This document shows positions 18,019 to 28,387 of a stretch of DNA of 64,000 nucleotides, piece after piece. Made by a program: the position numbers and the translations under genes. Under the pieces are notes generated by a model. That model worked only from the letters and a program-made list of their open reading frames with translations. It did no database searches and was not told where the DNA came from. Each line of letters starts with the position of its first letter. Position 1 is the stretch's first letter. Source of the DNA: Aulosira sp. ZfuVER01 (GTDB taxonomy: Bacteria > Cyanobacteriota > Cyanobacteriia > Cyanobacteriales > Nostocaceae); NCBI GenBank assembly GCA_034530615.2, contig JAVRCV020000071.1:1-64000 (forward strand). Reading direction: 5' to 3'.

Positions 18019-18647
18019 TCCGGGTGATGGTAGTTGCGACTTCCTCTGTGGTGCGGGCGGGTTTATCGGCTGTTGTGAGTAGCAATTCCCAGCTGAATGT
18101 TGTCGGGAGTGCATCCAATTTGGATACCGCAATCGGGGAAGTTGGGCAATTACAACCGGATGTAGTACTGCTGGATTTGGGTAGTAATTCGCAACCATCA
18201 ATCTGGGAAAAATTGCTCCTGTTTCAAGAGGAGCAATACCCTGTAGGATTTCTCGTCCTTGCAGAGGAAATCGAAAGCATTGATTTAGAAGCAGCATTAC
18301 GTTCTGGTGTGCGGGGTATATTGCCCGGTGACAGTACAGAGTCAGAAATTATCGCTGCCGTTATAGCGATCGCAGATAATTTAGTAGTGCTACACCCGGA
18401 TTTTTTGGAATTGCTGCCCATACGGGAAAAAGTAGCAACTACCCCCGTACAAACTCTGACACCAAGAGAAATTGATGTATTAGAAATGCTCGGTTCTGGT
18501 TTAGGTAATAAAGCGATCGCTAAACATTTGCAGATTTCTGAGCATACTGTAAAGTTTCATATCTCATCGATTTTTCAAAAGTTGGCTGTCTCCACCCGTA
18601 CCGAGGCTGTGACTGTTGGTGTCAGGCTGGGTTTGATTATGCTGTGA
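18015..18647 (+). CDS. NarL/LuxR-family response regulator with atypical receiver
   Basis: LuxR HTH LTPREIDVL...ISEHTVKFH; ATGA overlap with the protease gene. Confidence 0.92.
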   Translation: MIRVMVVATSSVVRAGLSAVVSSNSQLNVVGSASNLDTAIGEVGQLQPDVVLLDLGSNSQPSIWEKLLLFQEEQYPVGFLVLAEEIESIDLEAALRSGVRGILPGDSTESEIIAAVIAIADNLVVLHPDFLELLPIREKVATTPVQTLTPREIDVLEMLGSGLGNKAIAKHLQISEHTVKFHISSIFQKLAVSTRTEAVTVGVRLGLIML

Positions 18648-18659
18648 TCGTTAAAAATT

Positions 18660-18709
18660 TTGTAGTAAGAGCTTTAGTCCTGTTCTTAGGGCTAAAGTCC
18701 TTACTACAA
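18660..18709. terminator. Long hairpin (REP-like or bidirectional terminator) between convergent genes
   Basis: TTGTAGTAAG..CTTTAGTCCT / AGGGCTAAAG..CTTACTACAA inverted repeat. Confidence 0.65.
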
Positions 18710-18729
18710 GAAATTCTGATTCTGCTGAA

Positions 18730-19488
18730 TTACTCGGCTAATGATTGACCAGCTTTGCTCAGTAACTTACCCAGCTTTTTCAGCGGGCCTTTAAATCCTC
18801 TTGCGGCTTCAGCACCAGCTTGCTCGGTTTGTTCGCCTAATTTCGTCAAAACTGGTGCAAAGTCTGTACCTTTAGCGGTTTTGCGCTTCAACAGTTGCTT
18901 AAGTTCTTTCAATCCATTGGCGATTTCTTGGAGATTTTCATCCTCAGACTTGTGCAGTAAGGCGTACCAAGTATCGATTGCACCTTGCGCCGCTTCCGGC
19001 TCAATCTGTGTCAGATCTCCTTCAAGTGTTTCTAACAGCGAGTCTATTTGTTCAATTTGCTCGCGGTCTTCTTGTTTACCCAAGGAAACACCTATTTTGC
19101 TAAGTTGCTTACCCAATCTCTGCAAAGGAGTCCTCTGTTCCTTATCAGCATCAGAACCAAGGTCGCTTGTTTGTTCGCCAATTTCGATAAGTACTTCACC
19201 AATCTCATGACCTGTGGCTTTACCACTTTTCACAAGTTGCTTGAGGTTTTTGAGACTATTGGCAATTTCTTTAATTTCTGGTTCTTTGGCTTTATGCAAA
19301 GAACTATACCACTCATCAATTAAACTAACAGCAGCTTCATTATCTAGAGAAGTTAAGTCTCCCTCAAGAGCTTCAAAAAGTGAATCTAGCTCCAAGTTAT
19401 TGTTTTCATTGGTTTTTGTTGCTGTTGCACCTTCTTTTTTAGAGGCAGTTTCACTTTGTTTGTTCTTGGTTCCTTGTTGAGAAGTCAT
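18730..19488 (-). CDS. Hypothetical all-helical protein with two tandem homologous domains
   Basis: LDSLFEALEGDLT...IDEWY...GEQT repeated as IDSLLETLEGDLT...IDTWY...GEQT; likely start MTSQQ at 19488. Confidence 0.8.
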   Translation of the reverse strand: MTSQQGTKNKQSETASKKEGATATKTNENNNLELDSLFEALEGDLTSLDNEAAVSLIDEWYSSLHKAKEPEIKEIANSLKNLKQLVKSGKATGHEIGEVLIEIGEQTSDLGSDADKEQRTPLQRLGKQLSKIGVSLGKQEDREQIEQIDSLLETLEGDLTQIEPEAAQGAIDTWYALLHKSEDENLQEIANGLKELKQLLKRKTAKGTDFAPVLTKLGEQTEQAGAEAARGFKGPLKKLGKLLSKAGQSLAE

Positions 19489-19805
19489 CTGTAAATTCCG
19501 TAGTTCGCTATGTACAGGTAACACTTTATAAAGTTCCTGAGACCTTTCCCTCATTCTCAAGAGTCAATATTCTGCCACTTGTATATAGGCCCTGGGATAG
19601 AAACAATTTCCCAAGATGATGCGCTAGAGCTTGATGGAAATACTTTTGAGATAGAAGAAGTAAGGATTTTTATTGATGAGGCGATCGCCAATTACTTATG
19701 TTGGTGTCGTCTACGGGAACTTGATACAGTAAGGGCATGGCATTGCCATGTCCCTATGAGAAATCTATCTGTATCAAGGTTTTCGTTAATTGGTACAACA
19801 ACTAT

Positions 19806-21410
19806 TTATTGCTTCAAAAAGCGCTGACGCATCCGAGATACAAAACTATTTACCTCTGGTATTTTCAACCACGAGACAAAGATGGCAAACACACTCAGCC
19901 CTACTAAGCCAGCTACAGATAACTCTATCAGCAGAATTAGGAAATTTTCTTTACCTAAAACCTGCCGACAACCAACCAAAGCAGCATAGCTAACTACTCC
20001 AGAGACTATGCTACTAGCAGTTAAACCTATGATTGGTAGACTCCATTCCCTCCAAGGTAAGCCATTGAGTTTGCGATCGAGCAGCCATAACAGCATTAAC
20101 ATAGAGCTGCAATTCACACCTACTGTTGCTAACACTAAACCCGGAGCGCCAAAAGGTTTAACGAAAAACCAATCTAGTACAATATTGAGAAAGATATTAA
20201 AAGTACTAATGCGAAAAGGTGTTTGACCGTCGCCTAAAGCATAAAATACTCTGACTAAAACATCACGTCCCAAATAAGCAAACATCCCAATCCCATAAGC
20301 AATTAGCAACGAAGAGACTAGCTGTGTAGCCTCTTGCTTGAAAGCACCGCGCTCATAAACTATTTGGACAATGGGAACAGATAAAGCTACCATTAGCGCC
20401 CCTAAAGGTAGCATAGTAAAGGCAGTCAGTAGCAGTCCTTGGCGAATGCGTAATTTGAGATCGTGCCAATTTTCTGGAGCCGCCAGTTTTGCAAACATCG
20501 GCAATAGGGGCAATAAAATAATATTAGAAATAATTCCTAAAGGAGTTTGCACTAGAAGATTGGCATAGTTAAACCCAGCCGCCGCACCGGGGATAGGACT
20601 GGCAAAGTAAAGATCTGTGGCAACATTGATTGGCATCATCCCAGAAGAAATGGTTGCCGGAGTCATGATTTTAATGACTTCTTGAACACCAGGAGATTTA
20701 AAATCAAACCGTAGCTTTAATGTGCCTAGTCCTAACCGCCACTGCACAATTAACTGCACTAACCATTGCAGAATTGCTCCTGCTAAGGTTCCCCAAGCTA
20801 ACACCATGCCACCGATGTAAGCGTATTCTGGCAGAATAATGTCTTTGCCATATTGCAAAGCTAAAATTCCAATACCTACAACAACGGTGATACTAGAAAG
20901 TAAGGGACTAATGGAGAGCAACCAATATTGATTGGCAGCATTGAGAGTACCAAAGCCAATGCCGATTAAGCCGGAAAATAAAGCCATCGGAGCCATGATG
21001 CGGATCTGTTGAATTGCGATCGCTCTGGTGGTTTCTTTTAAACCATGACCGACGAAATCTACGATCGTATCCGCAAACACAACTTGCGCCAAGGTTACTA
21101 CTAACAGCACTCCAGCGACTAAGGTTGTTACTGTTTCTACTAAAGGAGCAGCTTCTTCTTGCTTGCGCTTGGCTAAAACACTAACTATGGCACTGTGTAA
21201 CGGTCCATTAACACCACCGAGTAAAATTAATAAAAAACCCGGAATAATATAGGCATAACTATAGGCAGTGGCAGCAGCACCAACACCAAAAGCCGCAGCG
21301 ATCGCTTGCTGCCGTACTAAACCAAAGATTTTACTAATTAAAGTAGCTACGGCAACAATGCCAGCAATTCCAGCGAAAGAACGAGAGGGTTTTTGGTCTT
21401 GTTTTGTCAC
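19806..21410 (-). CDS. murJ: Lipid II flippase MurJ (MviN)
   Basis: ATLISKIFGLVR, YERGAF, FYALGD motifs; multi-TM; GTG start. Confidence 0.95.
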   Translation of the reverse strand: MTKQDQKPSRSFAGIAGIVAVATLISKIFGLVRQQAIAAAFGVGAAATAYSYAYIIPGFLLILLGGVNGPLHSAIVSVLAKRKQEEAAPLVETVTTLVAGVLLVVTLAQVVFADTIVDFVGHGLKETTRAIAIQQIRIMAPMALFSGLIGIGFGTLNAANQYWLLSISPLLSSITVVVGIGILALQYGKDIILPEYAYIGGMVLAWGTLAGAILQWLVQLIVQWRLGLGTLKLRFDFKSPGVQEVIKIMTPATISSGMMPINVATDLYFASPIPGAAAGFNYANLLVQTPLGIISNIILLPLLPMFAKLAAPENWHDLKLRIRQGLLLTAFTMLPLGALMVALSVPIVQIVYERGAFKQEATQLVSSLLIAYGIGMFAYLGRDVLVRVFYALGDGQTPFRISTFNIFLNIVLDWFFVKPFGAPGLVLATVGVNCSSMLMLLWLLDRKLNGLPWREWSLPIIGLTASSIVSGVVSYAALVGCRQVLGKENFLILLIELSVAGLVGLSVFAIFVSWLKIPEVNSFVSRMRQRFLKQ

Positions 21411-21679
21411 AAATAATACCCGAAAACTCTTGCTGAGTCGATATCTGAAAACATTAACCTGAAATTGTAAAGTGTGTCAGGCAAATTTTCATAAAAAGAC
21501 GGCAGGAAGTCTATTTTCTTCTAGAACACAGATTCAATTTTTAGATAAATTCTTTGTAGGGGCACAGCACCAGCAAGATAATTTGATATACCAAAAGATT
21601 TTGGGTGCCATGCCCTTACTCATCTTTTTTAGTTAACTTGCGCTTCATTCCATATTAAAACACCTAATTACCGATGAAC

Positions 21680-22042
<363 letters not shown>

Positions 22043-22423
22043 CTAAGAGCGTTCAGTTGAACTTTAAGGTGCTGGCACTATAGCATTAACTTGCCATTGT
22101 GGTTTAATCCTACAGTAAATCATTTTGGTCATGAATCACTTGTTGCAGGATAGCTCACTTTTGGTTTCTATAGAATATTACTACCGTTGCCGAGTAAGTC
22201 AAAAGCCAGTAGTGGTGGGTTTTCTGAAATATTCAGTTGGCAAACAGATATGTGGATTAAACCCGCCCGTACAAAAGTCAAAAGAATTGTATTCCAAGCT
22301 TTTGCGCCATTTTGTCCCGTTCGACAAAGTTCAGCAGGGTAGGCTATGGTAGCTTTATTTACGCTGTTATAATGCTGTGTGTTTGTTTAAACTTTAATAT
22401 TTGTTACTAGGTAAAAATCTTAC

Positions 22424-22849
22424 ATGAAACTTATTAAGAAATTTTTAGCAATATGTTTTCTCTTATTTGGCATTCCATTTTCTGTGGCGGTAATTGTAGA
22501 AATTATGAATCCCAAAACTCCCGCTAAAGAAAAAAACGATGCTATAGCTGCCTTAACTATTCTGACGATTCCGTCAACCATCTTAGGAGGTGGGTTGAGT
22601 TGGTCTTTAGTAAGGCAGCATCGAAAAGAACAAGCATTACTTGTTGCCTCAGAACAAAAGCGTCTTAGCTTAGTGTTCTTAGAATTAATTGAGAACAATG
22701 CTGGAAAAGTAACGGTTTTTCAAATGGCAAGAAATGCTGAAATATCAATCGAAGATGCTAAACAATATTTAGATGAGAAAGCTAAAGAACTCAATGCTTC
22801 TTTTGAAGTTAATGAAGAGGGAAATATTTTGTATCGGTTCTCTTTGTAA
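22424..22849 (+). CDS. Hypothetical membrane protein (2 TM + C-terminal winged-helix-like domain)
   Basis: Two hydrophobic segments; C-terminal AKQYLDEKAKE..FEVNEEGNILYRF. Confidence 0.8.
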   Translation: MKLIKKFLAICFLLFGIPFSVAVIVEIMNPKTPAKEKNDAIAALTILTIPSTILGGGLSWSLVRQHRKEQALLVASEQKRLSLVFLELIENNAGKVTVFQMARNAEISIEDAKQYLDEKAKELNASFEVNEEGNILYRFSL

Positions 22850-22866
22850 GACTGGTAGCGATCAAA

Positions 22867-23394
22867 TCAAATATTTAAATCTTTCAGAGCGAGACGAATT
22901 TGCTCTAAACGCCTGCGGTTAACACCAAGATCTGATTCTCCCACGCGCGATGCCGAGCGTAGATGAATTACTGACTCATTAGGGGGAAAATAAAACTCTA
23001 CATCATCTACAAATTTGAAGATGCGACTCTTAGAAAGAGCATGGATATAATTATTTGTCTGTTCTATAACTTCTGTACGCGGAACAACAGTGAGAACTTT
23101 TAGTAAGGTTTCTTTAGCTGCATTGCGGTCTACATGATAAGCAATCGGGTCAATGGTGTGTTTAGAATCAGCATCTTGACTAACAACACAGTTGTCCGAA
23201 GCCGGACAAGAACTAAGATGACCATTATTAACTCCCAAGCCAGCAGCTAAAGCCCCAGTAGCAGAAGGAAATATTAAAGTACTAGTCAGGGTGAATAATA
23301 TTGCAAAAGTTATACTCAGCAGGAGTTTCTGGGCAAATGCTTTGAGCAGACTGGACACGATCGATTTACTCCTCAAGGTTTGAATAGCATTCAT
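22867..23394 (-). CDS. DUF1499 domain-containing protein
   Basis: CPASDNCVVSQ, FVDDVEF, RSASRVGESDLGVNRRR; start uncertain. Confidence 0.9.
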   Translation of the reverse strand: MNAIQTLRSKSIVSSLLKAFAQKLLLSITFAILFTLTSTLIFPSATGALAAGLGVNNGHLSSCPASDNCVVSQDADSKHTIDPIAYHVDRNAAKETLLKVLTVVPRTEVIEQTNNYIHALSKSRIFKFVDDVEFYFPPNESVIHLRSASRVGESDLGVNRRRLEQIRLALKDLNI

Positions 23395-23526
23395 TTATTG
23401 TCGGTCATTTCGGTTGCCATCGATGAGTTACTATTGCCCTCGATACCTAAAGCGATCGCATTGAGGAATTTTCTACAACACTTTCAAAGCTAGTATACCT
23501 ATGCGATCGCCACAGCGAATTCTGCT

Positions 23527-24267
23527 TCAGTTTGCAAATCTATGTTCCAAGAAAGTTACTATTTCCGCCCAAGCAGAGGTAGCCGCAGCCGCATCGTAGC
23601 GATAACCGTCATCGCGCATAAATGTATGCTCTGCTTCATAGAGAAGAACCTTGTGAGGTACATTAGCATTCTCCAGAGCTTGAATTATGGTTTTTCGATC
23701 GTGTTCTGGGATGTGAGGGTCAAGATTACCAAAAACCAAAAGCATCTCGCCTTTAATTTCACTTACCTGATGGATTGTATCAGCAATCCCCTGACCCAGC
23801 TTGCCACTAGGAATTCCAGTAGGGTAGCAGCAGACAGAAGCCTTGATTTCGTTTTGAAAAGCTGCGCGGAAAGCTAAATGTCCACCAATACAAAAGCCGA
23901 GAGTGCCTATTTTACCAGGAGAAACTGCACCTTCTGTTTTGAGAAATTCAATTACAGCGAGACAATCAGCATCATAATCCGCGATCGCAGTTCGACGTGC
24001 ATCATCATTCCCCCGCATCCGGCCTAGATCGTCTGGTTCAATAACCGAACCAATTGGCTCAATGCGATGAAAAATTTCTGGTGCAGCTACTACATAGCCA
24101 AATCCTGCTAAGTAGTTAGCTAGACGCGCGATCGCACCACCTAATTGATAAATATCACTGTAAAATACAATACCTGGGTAAACTCCTGCTGCTTTAGGAG
24201 CCGCTACATAGACACGCATTAAACAGTCATTTACTCTTAACTCGACATTGCGCTTAGTGATTTGCAC
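23527..24267 (-). CDS. Dienelactone hydrolase family protein
   Basis: GFCIGG nucleophile motif; catalytic Asp and His (HTFMRD). Confidence 0.92.
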   Translation of the reverse strand: MQITKRNVELRVNDCLMRVYVAAPKAAGVYPGIVFYSDIYQLGGAIARLANYLAGFGYVVAAPEIFHRIEPIGSVIEPDDLGRMRGNDDARRTAIADYDADCLAVIEFLKTEGAVSPGKIGTLGFCIGGHLAFRAAFQNEIKASVCCYPTGIPSGKLGQGIADTIHQVSEIKGEMLLVFGNLDPHIPEHDRKTIIQALENANVPHKVLLYEAEHTFMRDDGYRYDAAAATSAWAEIVTFLEHRFAN

Positions 24268-24417
24268 TTTTTTGTCTCCGTGTCATGCTTGCTTTCATGA
24301 AGCTTTCTACCGCGATCGCAAGGAAGCAAGGGTCTGAATGCCTCACCACAATCTCCGATTTGGTGGTTAGCAATTGGTGGAGGTTTGAATCCCCTGACAA
24401 TTGCACCCTTCTGCCAT

Positions 24418-24460
24418 GCCAGTTGCTTCAACGGGGGGAACCCCGGCAACGCACTGGCTC
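24418..24460. repeat. SDR-type structured mini-repeat within CTGCC(T)-rich repeats
   Basis: GCCAGTTGC...GGGGGGAACCCC...GCACTGGC. Confidence 0.6.
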
Positions 24461-24494
24461 CTGTGCCATCTGCCTCCTGCCGAATTCAATAAAT

Positions 24495-24535
24495 TGTGCG
24501 CCCCAGAGCAAATGCAACTGCAACTGGGGCGCACA
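24495..24535 (-). terminator. Hairpin downstream of the STAS-sugar transferase gene
   Basis: Perfect 12-bp stem TGTGCGCCCCAG / CTGGGGCGCACA. Confidence 0.6.
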
Positions 24536-24592
24536 CATTCATTAATTGTGTAAGTTACAGCTTAGTGACCAAATAAAAATCAAGGTAATCAG

Positions 24593-25627
24593 CTAAACTG
24601 CACCGCTATTTCTATGGAATAGAATGGCTATGGTTTTGAAAATTAGCTTAAAATCGTAAAGTAAACTCCAATTTTTTTGATACTGCAAATCTAAGCGAAT
24701 TACATCTTCAAAACTACGTACTTTTGACCTTCCATTTACTTGCCATTCGCCAGTCATACCAGGTTTAACGTCTAAACGTTGCCATTCTGGGACTTCATAG
24801 CGTTCGACTTCATCAGGTGTGGGTGGTCTAGTACCAACTAAACTCATATCACCTTGAAGAACATTCCAAAATTGCGGCAATTCATCCAGACTAGTTCGCC
24901 GTAAAAAGCGCCCTACAAGCGTGACTCTAGGATCGCTCTCATTCTTGAAGAAAGCTCCTTGAACTTGGTTTTGCACTTGGGATTTTTTAGCTTCTGCATC
25001 CACACACATGGAGCGAAATTTCCAAATTTCAAAACGCTTCCCCATCCAGCCACAGCGGGTTTGGCTAAAGAAAATCGGGCCGGGATCATCGATTTGAATA
25101 GCAACCGCAATAGGAATTAGTAAAAACCCTGTAATTACCAAACCTATCATTGCCCCAACAATATCGATCAACCTTTTCATCCAAGATGCTACAGAAGGAT
25201 GAGTAGTAGGTAGCTGCTCAACCTTACGAGACGAAAATATTTGAGCATCTGGGGGATCGTGTTGTTCTTTTTGCGATAGAATATCCGATGATTCAATGGA
25301 AAAAACTCGATCTAATCCTGTGAGGTTTAGGACTGCCATTACTGGAGGATTTACATTACGTAGTATAAATAATACTTGTTTTTCCTTGGCGGTTTTGAAA
25401 TTACTGACCAGGGCACCTAAACCACTACTATCCATAAAAGTAGTTTGGTGAAAGTCAATGATTATTTGCTTGAGTTGTACATTTGCCTGGATTAACGCTT
25501 GGCAAGATTGCTTAAAGTCTACAGCCTCAAGCACGCTTAACCGAGCCGGAACCTGCACTATTACTGTTTCATTTAAAGAAGTAACTGGAACGACCTCTTT
25601 TGGTTGGCTAGTCATGAAGCTCTGCAC
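24593..25627 (-). CDS. STAS (anti-anti-sigma) domain fused to bacterial sugar (priming glycosyl) transferase
   Basis: FMDSSGLGAL STAS motif; KRLIDI, KFRSM, RTSLDELPQFWNVLQGDMSLVGTRP; alternative ATG at 25615. Confidence 0.93.
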   Translation of the reverse strand: MQSFMTSQPKEVVPVTSLNETVIVQVPARLSVLEAVDFKQSCQALIQANVQLKQIIIDFHQTTFMDSSGLGALVSNFKTAKEKQVLFILRNVNPPVMAVLNLTGLDRVFSIESSDILSQKEQHDPPDAQIFSSRKVEQLPTTHPSVASWMKRLIDIVGAMIGLVITGFLLIPIAVAIQIDDPGPIFFSQTRCGWMGKRFEIWKFRSMCVDAEAKKSQVQNQVQGAFFKNESDPRVTLVGRFLRRTSLDELPQFWNVLQGDMSLVGTRPPTPDEVERYEVPEWQRLDVKPGMTGEWQVNGRSKVRSFEDVIRLDLQYQKNWSLLYDFKLIFKTIAILFHRNSGAV

Positions 25628-25836
25628 TTTAGTTGCCGTGTAAATGTAAGCTGCCCAACATTAATTTGCCCTCATGTAATTACCTATCCTCATCTACTAT
25701 TGGGAGGAATCAGGACTATTTGCTAGTTAATTGGGAGAGATGGTAGATTGCCAATGAAGATTCACAATAGAACAAGAGGCTAAAAAAAATTACTTGCTTT
25801 TGTGACGACGCAGCGCGATCGCGTTGATATCATCCC

Positions 25837-26634
25837 ATGACTGCTAAAACTCCGGTTAAACCTACTGCACGCCTGATAGAGGTCTTTTCCGCTATTCAAG
25901 GGGAAGGACTGAACGTCGGGACACGTCAAATTTTTATTCGCTTTGCTTTTTGTGACTTACGCTGCCACTTTTGCGATAGTGCCCATACTTGGAACGCACC
26001 CTCAACCTGTAAGATAGAGCGAACCCCTGGCTTACGAGACTTTGAAGTGCATTCCAATCCTATCCCACTACCCACGTTATTAGGATGGGTGGAACGGCAA
26101 AATTTACCTTCTCTACACGATAGCATTAGCTTAACTGGTGGCGAACCACTGCTTCATGCTCCATTTTTGGCATTATTTCTCCCGCAAGTGCGATCGCTAA
26201 CCCAGCTACCCATATATTTAGAGACTGGAGGCCATCGCCCAGAACAGTTGGCCATAATTCTGCCCTACTTAGACTCCGTAGGTATGGATCTCAAGCTACC
26301 TAGTGTTAGCGGTGAAAGCTATTGGCAAGAACACGCAGAATGTCTGAAATTATGTTATGAGTCACATTTAGATGTTTTTGTCAAAATAATTATTTCGCAA
26401 AAGACAGACCCAACTGAATTAGAACGTTCAGCTTTGTTGGTGGCAGCCGTTAGTCCTGAGATTCCAGTGTTTTTACAACCTGTCACACCTTTGGCTGATT
26501 CTGAACAATTGACCGCAATGCCTATACTCGCCCCTTTTCCAGAACAGGTTTTAAAATGGCAAGGCTTAATGAAGCAGTTTGTGAAGCACGTCCGTGTCGT
26601 GCCTCAAACTCATAAAATGTTAAACCAGCTTTGA
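25837..26634 (+). CDS. queE: 7-carboxy-7-deazaguanine synthase (radical SAM)
   Basis: FSAIQGEG, CDLRCHFCDS, TGGEP, PQTHK. Confidence 0.92.
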   Translation: MTAKTPVKPTARLIEVFSAIQGEGLNVGTRQIFIRFAFCDLRCHFCDSAHTWNAPSTCKIERTPGLRDFEVHSNPIPLPTLLGWVERQNLPSLHDSISLTGGEPLLHAPFLALFLPQVRSLTQLPIYLETGGHRPEQLAIILPYLDSVGMDLKLPSVSGESYWQEHAECLKLCYESHLDVFVKIIISQKTDPTELERSALLVAAVSPEIPVFLQPVTPLADSEQLTAMPILAPFPEQVLKWQGLMKQFVKHVRVVPQTHKMLNQL

Positions 26635-26693
26635 AAAGTAGCGAGTGCTGAGTGTAATTCACTCATTACTCGTTACTCAGAACTCAGCACTGA

Positions 26694-27338
26694 TTAAAAT
26701 CCACCTTCATCTACAGTCTTAGATTTAGATTTTGCCTTATTGGCACTGCGTTTGAGAGCAGAAAGCCTTGCTTCATATCTGGAACGCTGGCGCTTGCTAG
26801 GTGTGTTATCAATCAGGGTTTTTAAGGCACTACCCAGACTCTTGTAAGCATTGGGGAGGCTATAACCAAAGCGAGTTGCGAGGGTGATCGCTTTTTCGTC
26901 AGCATCAACAAGTTCTTTTAGTTGCTTTTCCCCATTATTTTTTTGATATAACCGCCAGCCGGAAACGCCACAAAGTGCTAATGCTAAAACTAGTAACAAT
27001 CCATCCTGTACCCACAACTCACCTACAGCACCACCTAAACCGATAGCCAGTGCTGCCATTTCCCAACCATCTTTGGGAATTGTGTCATTTTGAATGCGGG
27101 CGACTTCGTGCCAAAACAGCAGATTACGCTGATCCATTGCGAGGGTATCCCATTTCACCAAGTCGATTTGGATTTCTACCTGGTCTTTACCAATCTCTTC
27201 GCTACGGATCAGGGGTGGATTGACCTCAGTTGTGCCTTCAACCGTGACCCAGCTCTGCAATTCTGGCGGTAGTAAGCCTTTCAACCGCCGAAGTTCACTC
27301 ATTTCCGCTTTGGCAGAGGAGGTTGCATAGGATGTCAT
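26694..27338 (-). CDS. Conserved cyanobacterial membrane protein (DUF3318-like)
   Basis: ELRRLKGLLPPEL...LLFWHEV pattern; TM hairpin. Confidence 0.75.
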   Translation of the reverse strand: MTSYATSSAKAEMSELRRLKGLLPPELQSWVTVEGTTEVNPPLIRSEEIGKDQVEIQIDLVKWDTLAMDQRNLLFWHEVARIQNDTIPKDGWEMAALAIGLGGAVGELWVQDGLLLVLALALCGVSGWRLYQKNNGEKQLKELVDADEKAITLATRFGYSLPNAYKSLGSALKTLIDNTPSKRQRSRYEARLSALKRSANKAKSKSKTVDEGGF

Positions 27339-27415
27339 AAAATCCAGCCCTAGAAAAATTCAGTATATAGTGAGGGTATCACTTTGGAGTATAGCTATTT
27401 CAGTAACAATCCGCC

Positions 27416-27973
27416 TCACTCGTTGGGAAAACTTCCCCGCTTTTTTCTAGCTTCCATTGCCTTTTCTAGAATTTCTAGCAATCCTGGAGCCTCTTCTTGA
27501 ATACTTAGTAACAGCCTTTCCCCAAGTTCTACATTTCCTGGATCTTGACCTGTTTCCATCACTTCTTTCAAGCGTGGCATCGCTATGTTGTCAACAATCT
27601 GAATTAACCCGCTTAAACACCGATTAAACTGTTTTTCTGTGAGAATCGAGTCTTCTAACGGAAACTCAATAATGGCACGGATTTCCCCATCAGATGGGTC
27701 ATACTCCCATTGCAGCATCTTGGTTTCCCAAGAAATAGCCAGCATTGTCTGTAAGATAGCTCCCTTATGAGGATGCTCTTGAACTCCTACCAGAACTTGA
27801 GGAGCAAATACCCGAAAAAAATTTCCCTCTTCATCCAATTGCACAACTATCAGGAAGTCTTCGAGGTTATCAGCTTCCACACCTGTGATAATGCGATCTT
27901 CTTCGTCATCAAAACGATAGTCCCAACCAAGGTTGTCTAAGTATTTAGCAATCTGTTTCAGATTAGCTCCCAT
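27416..27973 (-). CDS. YbjN-like domain protein
   Basis: Acidic 185-aa protein with WEYDPSDGEIRA motif. Confidence 0.7.
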   Translation of the reverse strand: MGANLKQIAKYLDNLGWDYRFDDEEDRIITGVEADNLEDFLIVVQLDEEGNFFRVFAPQVLVGVQEHPHKGAILQTMLAISWETKMLQWEYDPSDGEIRAIIEFPLEDSILTEKQFNRCLSGLIQIVDNIAMPRLKEVMETGQDPGNVELGERLLLSIQEEAPGLLEILEKAMEARKKRGSFPNE

Positions 27974-28387
27974 AAAAGCCTCATAAGGAACGGTGGAGCA
28001 GCTGTTACCAAACCTAGTTTAACCTGCTAGTGGCAGATGCTTAGGTTAGTGCAGTTACTTCTGCTTTCATAGAATTATGTAATTTAAGATTTCATGATTT
28101 CATCTAAAAAACAGCTAAATTTTACTTTAAATTAGAACTTCAATGATTACATTTTAATATTTACTAACTATTAACAATATTTTCTATAAAATCTAGCAGT
28201 TAAAATTAAAATACTTATATTTGATTGCTATAAAGAGAAATAGCCTATTTGGGAAATTAGAATAATTCCTAGGAAAAATTTAAGCAATATAATATACTTT
28301 TATGTATATTTTCAAGATAAATTAATATTTTATTTTTAAAATCAAAAATATTATTGATGATTGCTGTCAAAATAAAATCATAACTCA

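Noticed and set aside
19579..19827. 82-aa ORF between the hypothetical gene and murJ
   Set aside because: TTG start, second half runs through a REP/MITE-like palindrome, no recognisable family; could be a remnant but unsupported
25837..26634. queE as part of a 7-deazaguanine DNA-modification (dpd) island
   Set aside because: No dpdA/tgt-like or other dpd genes nearby; context is housekeeping
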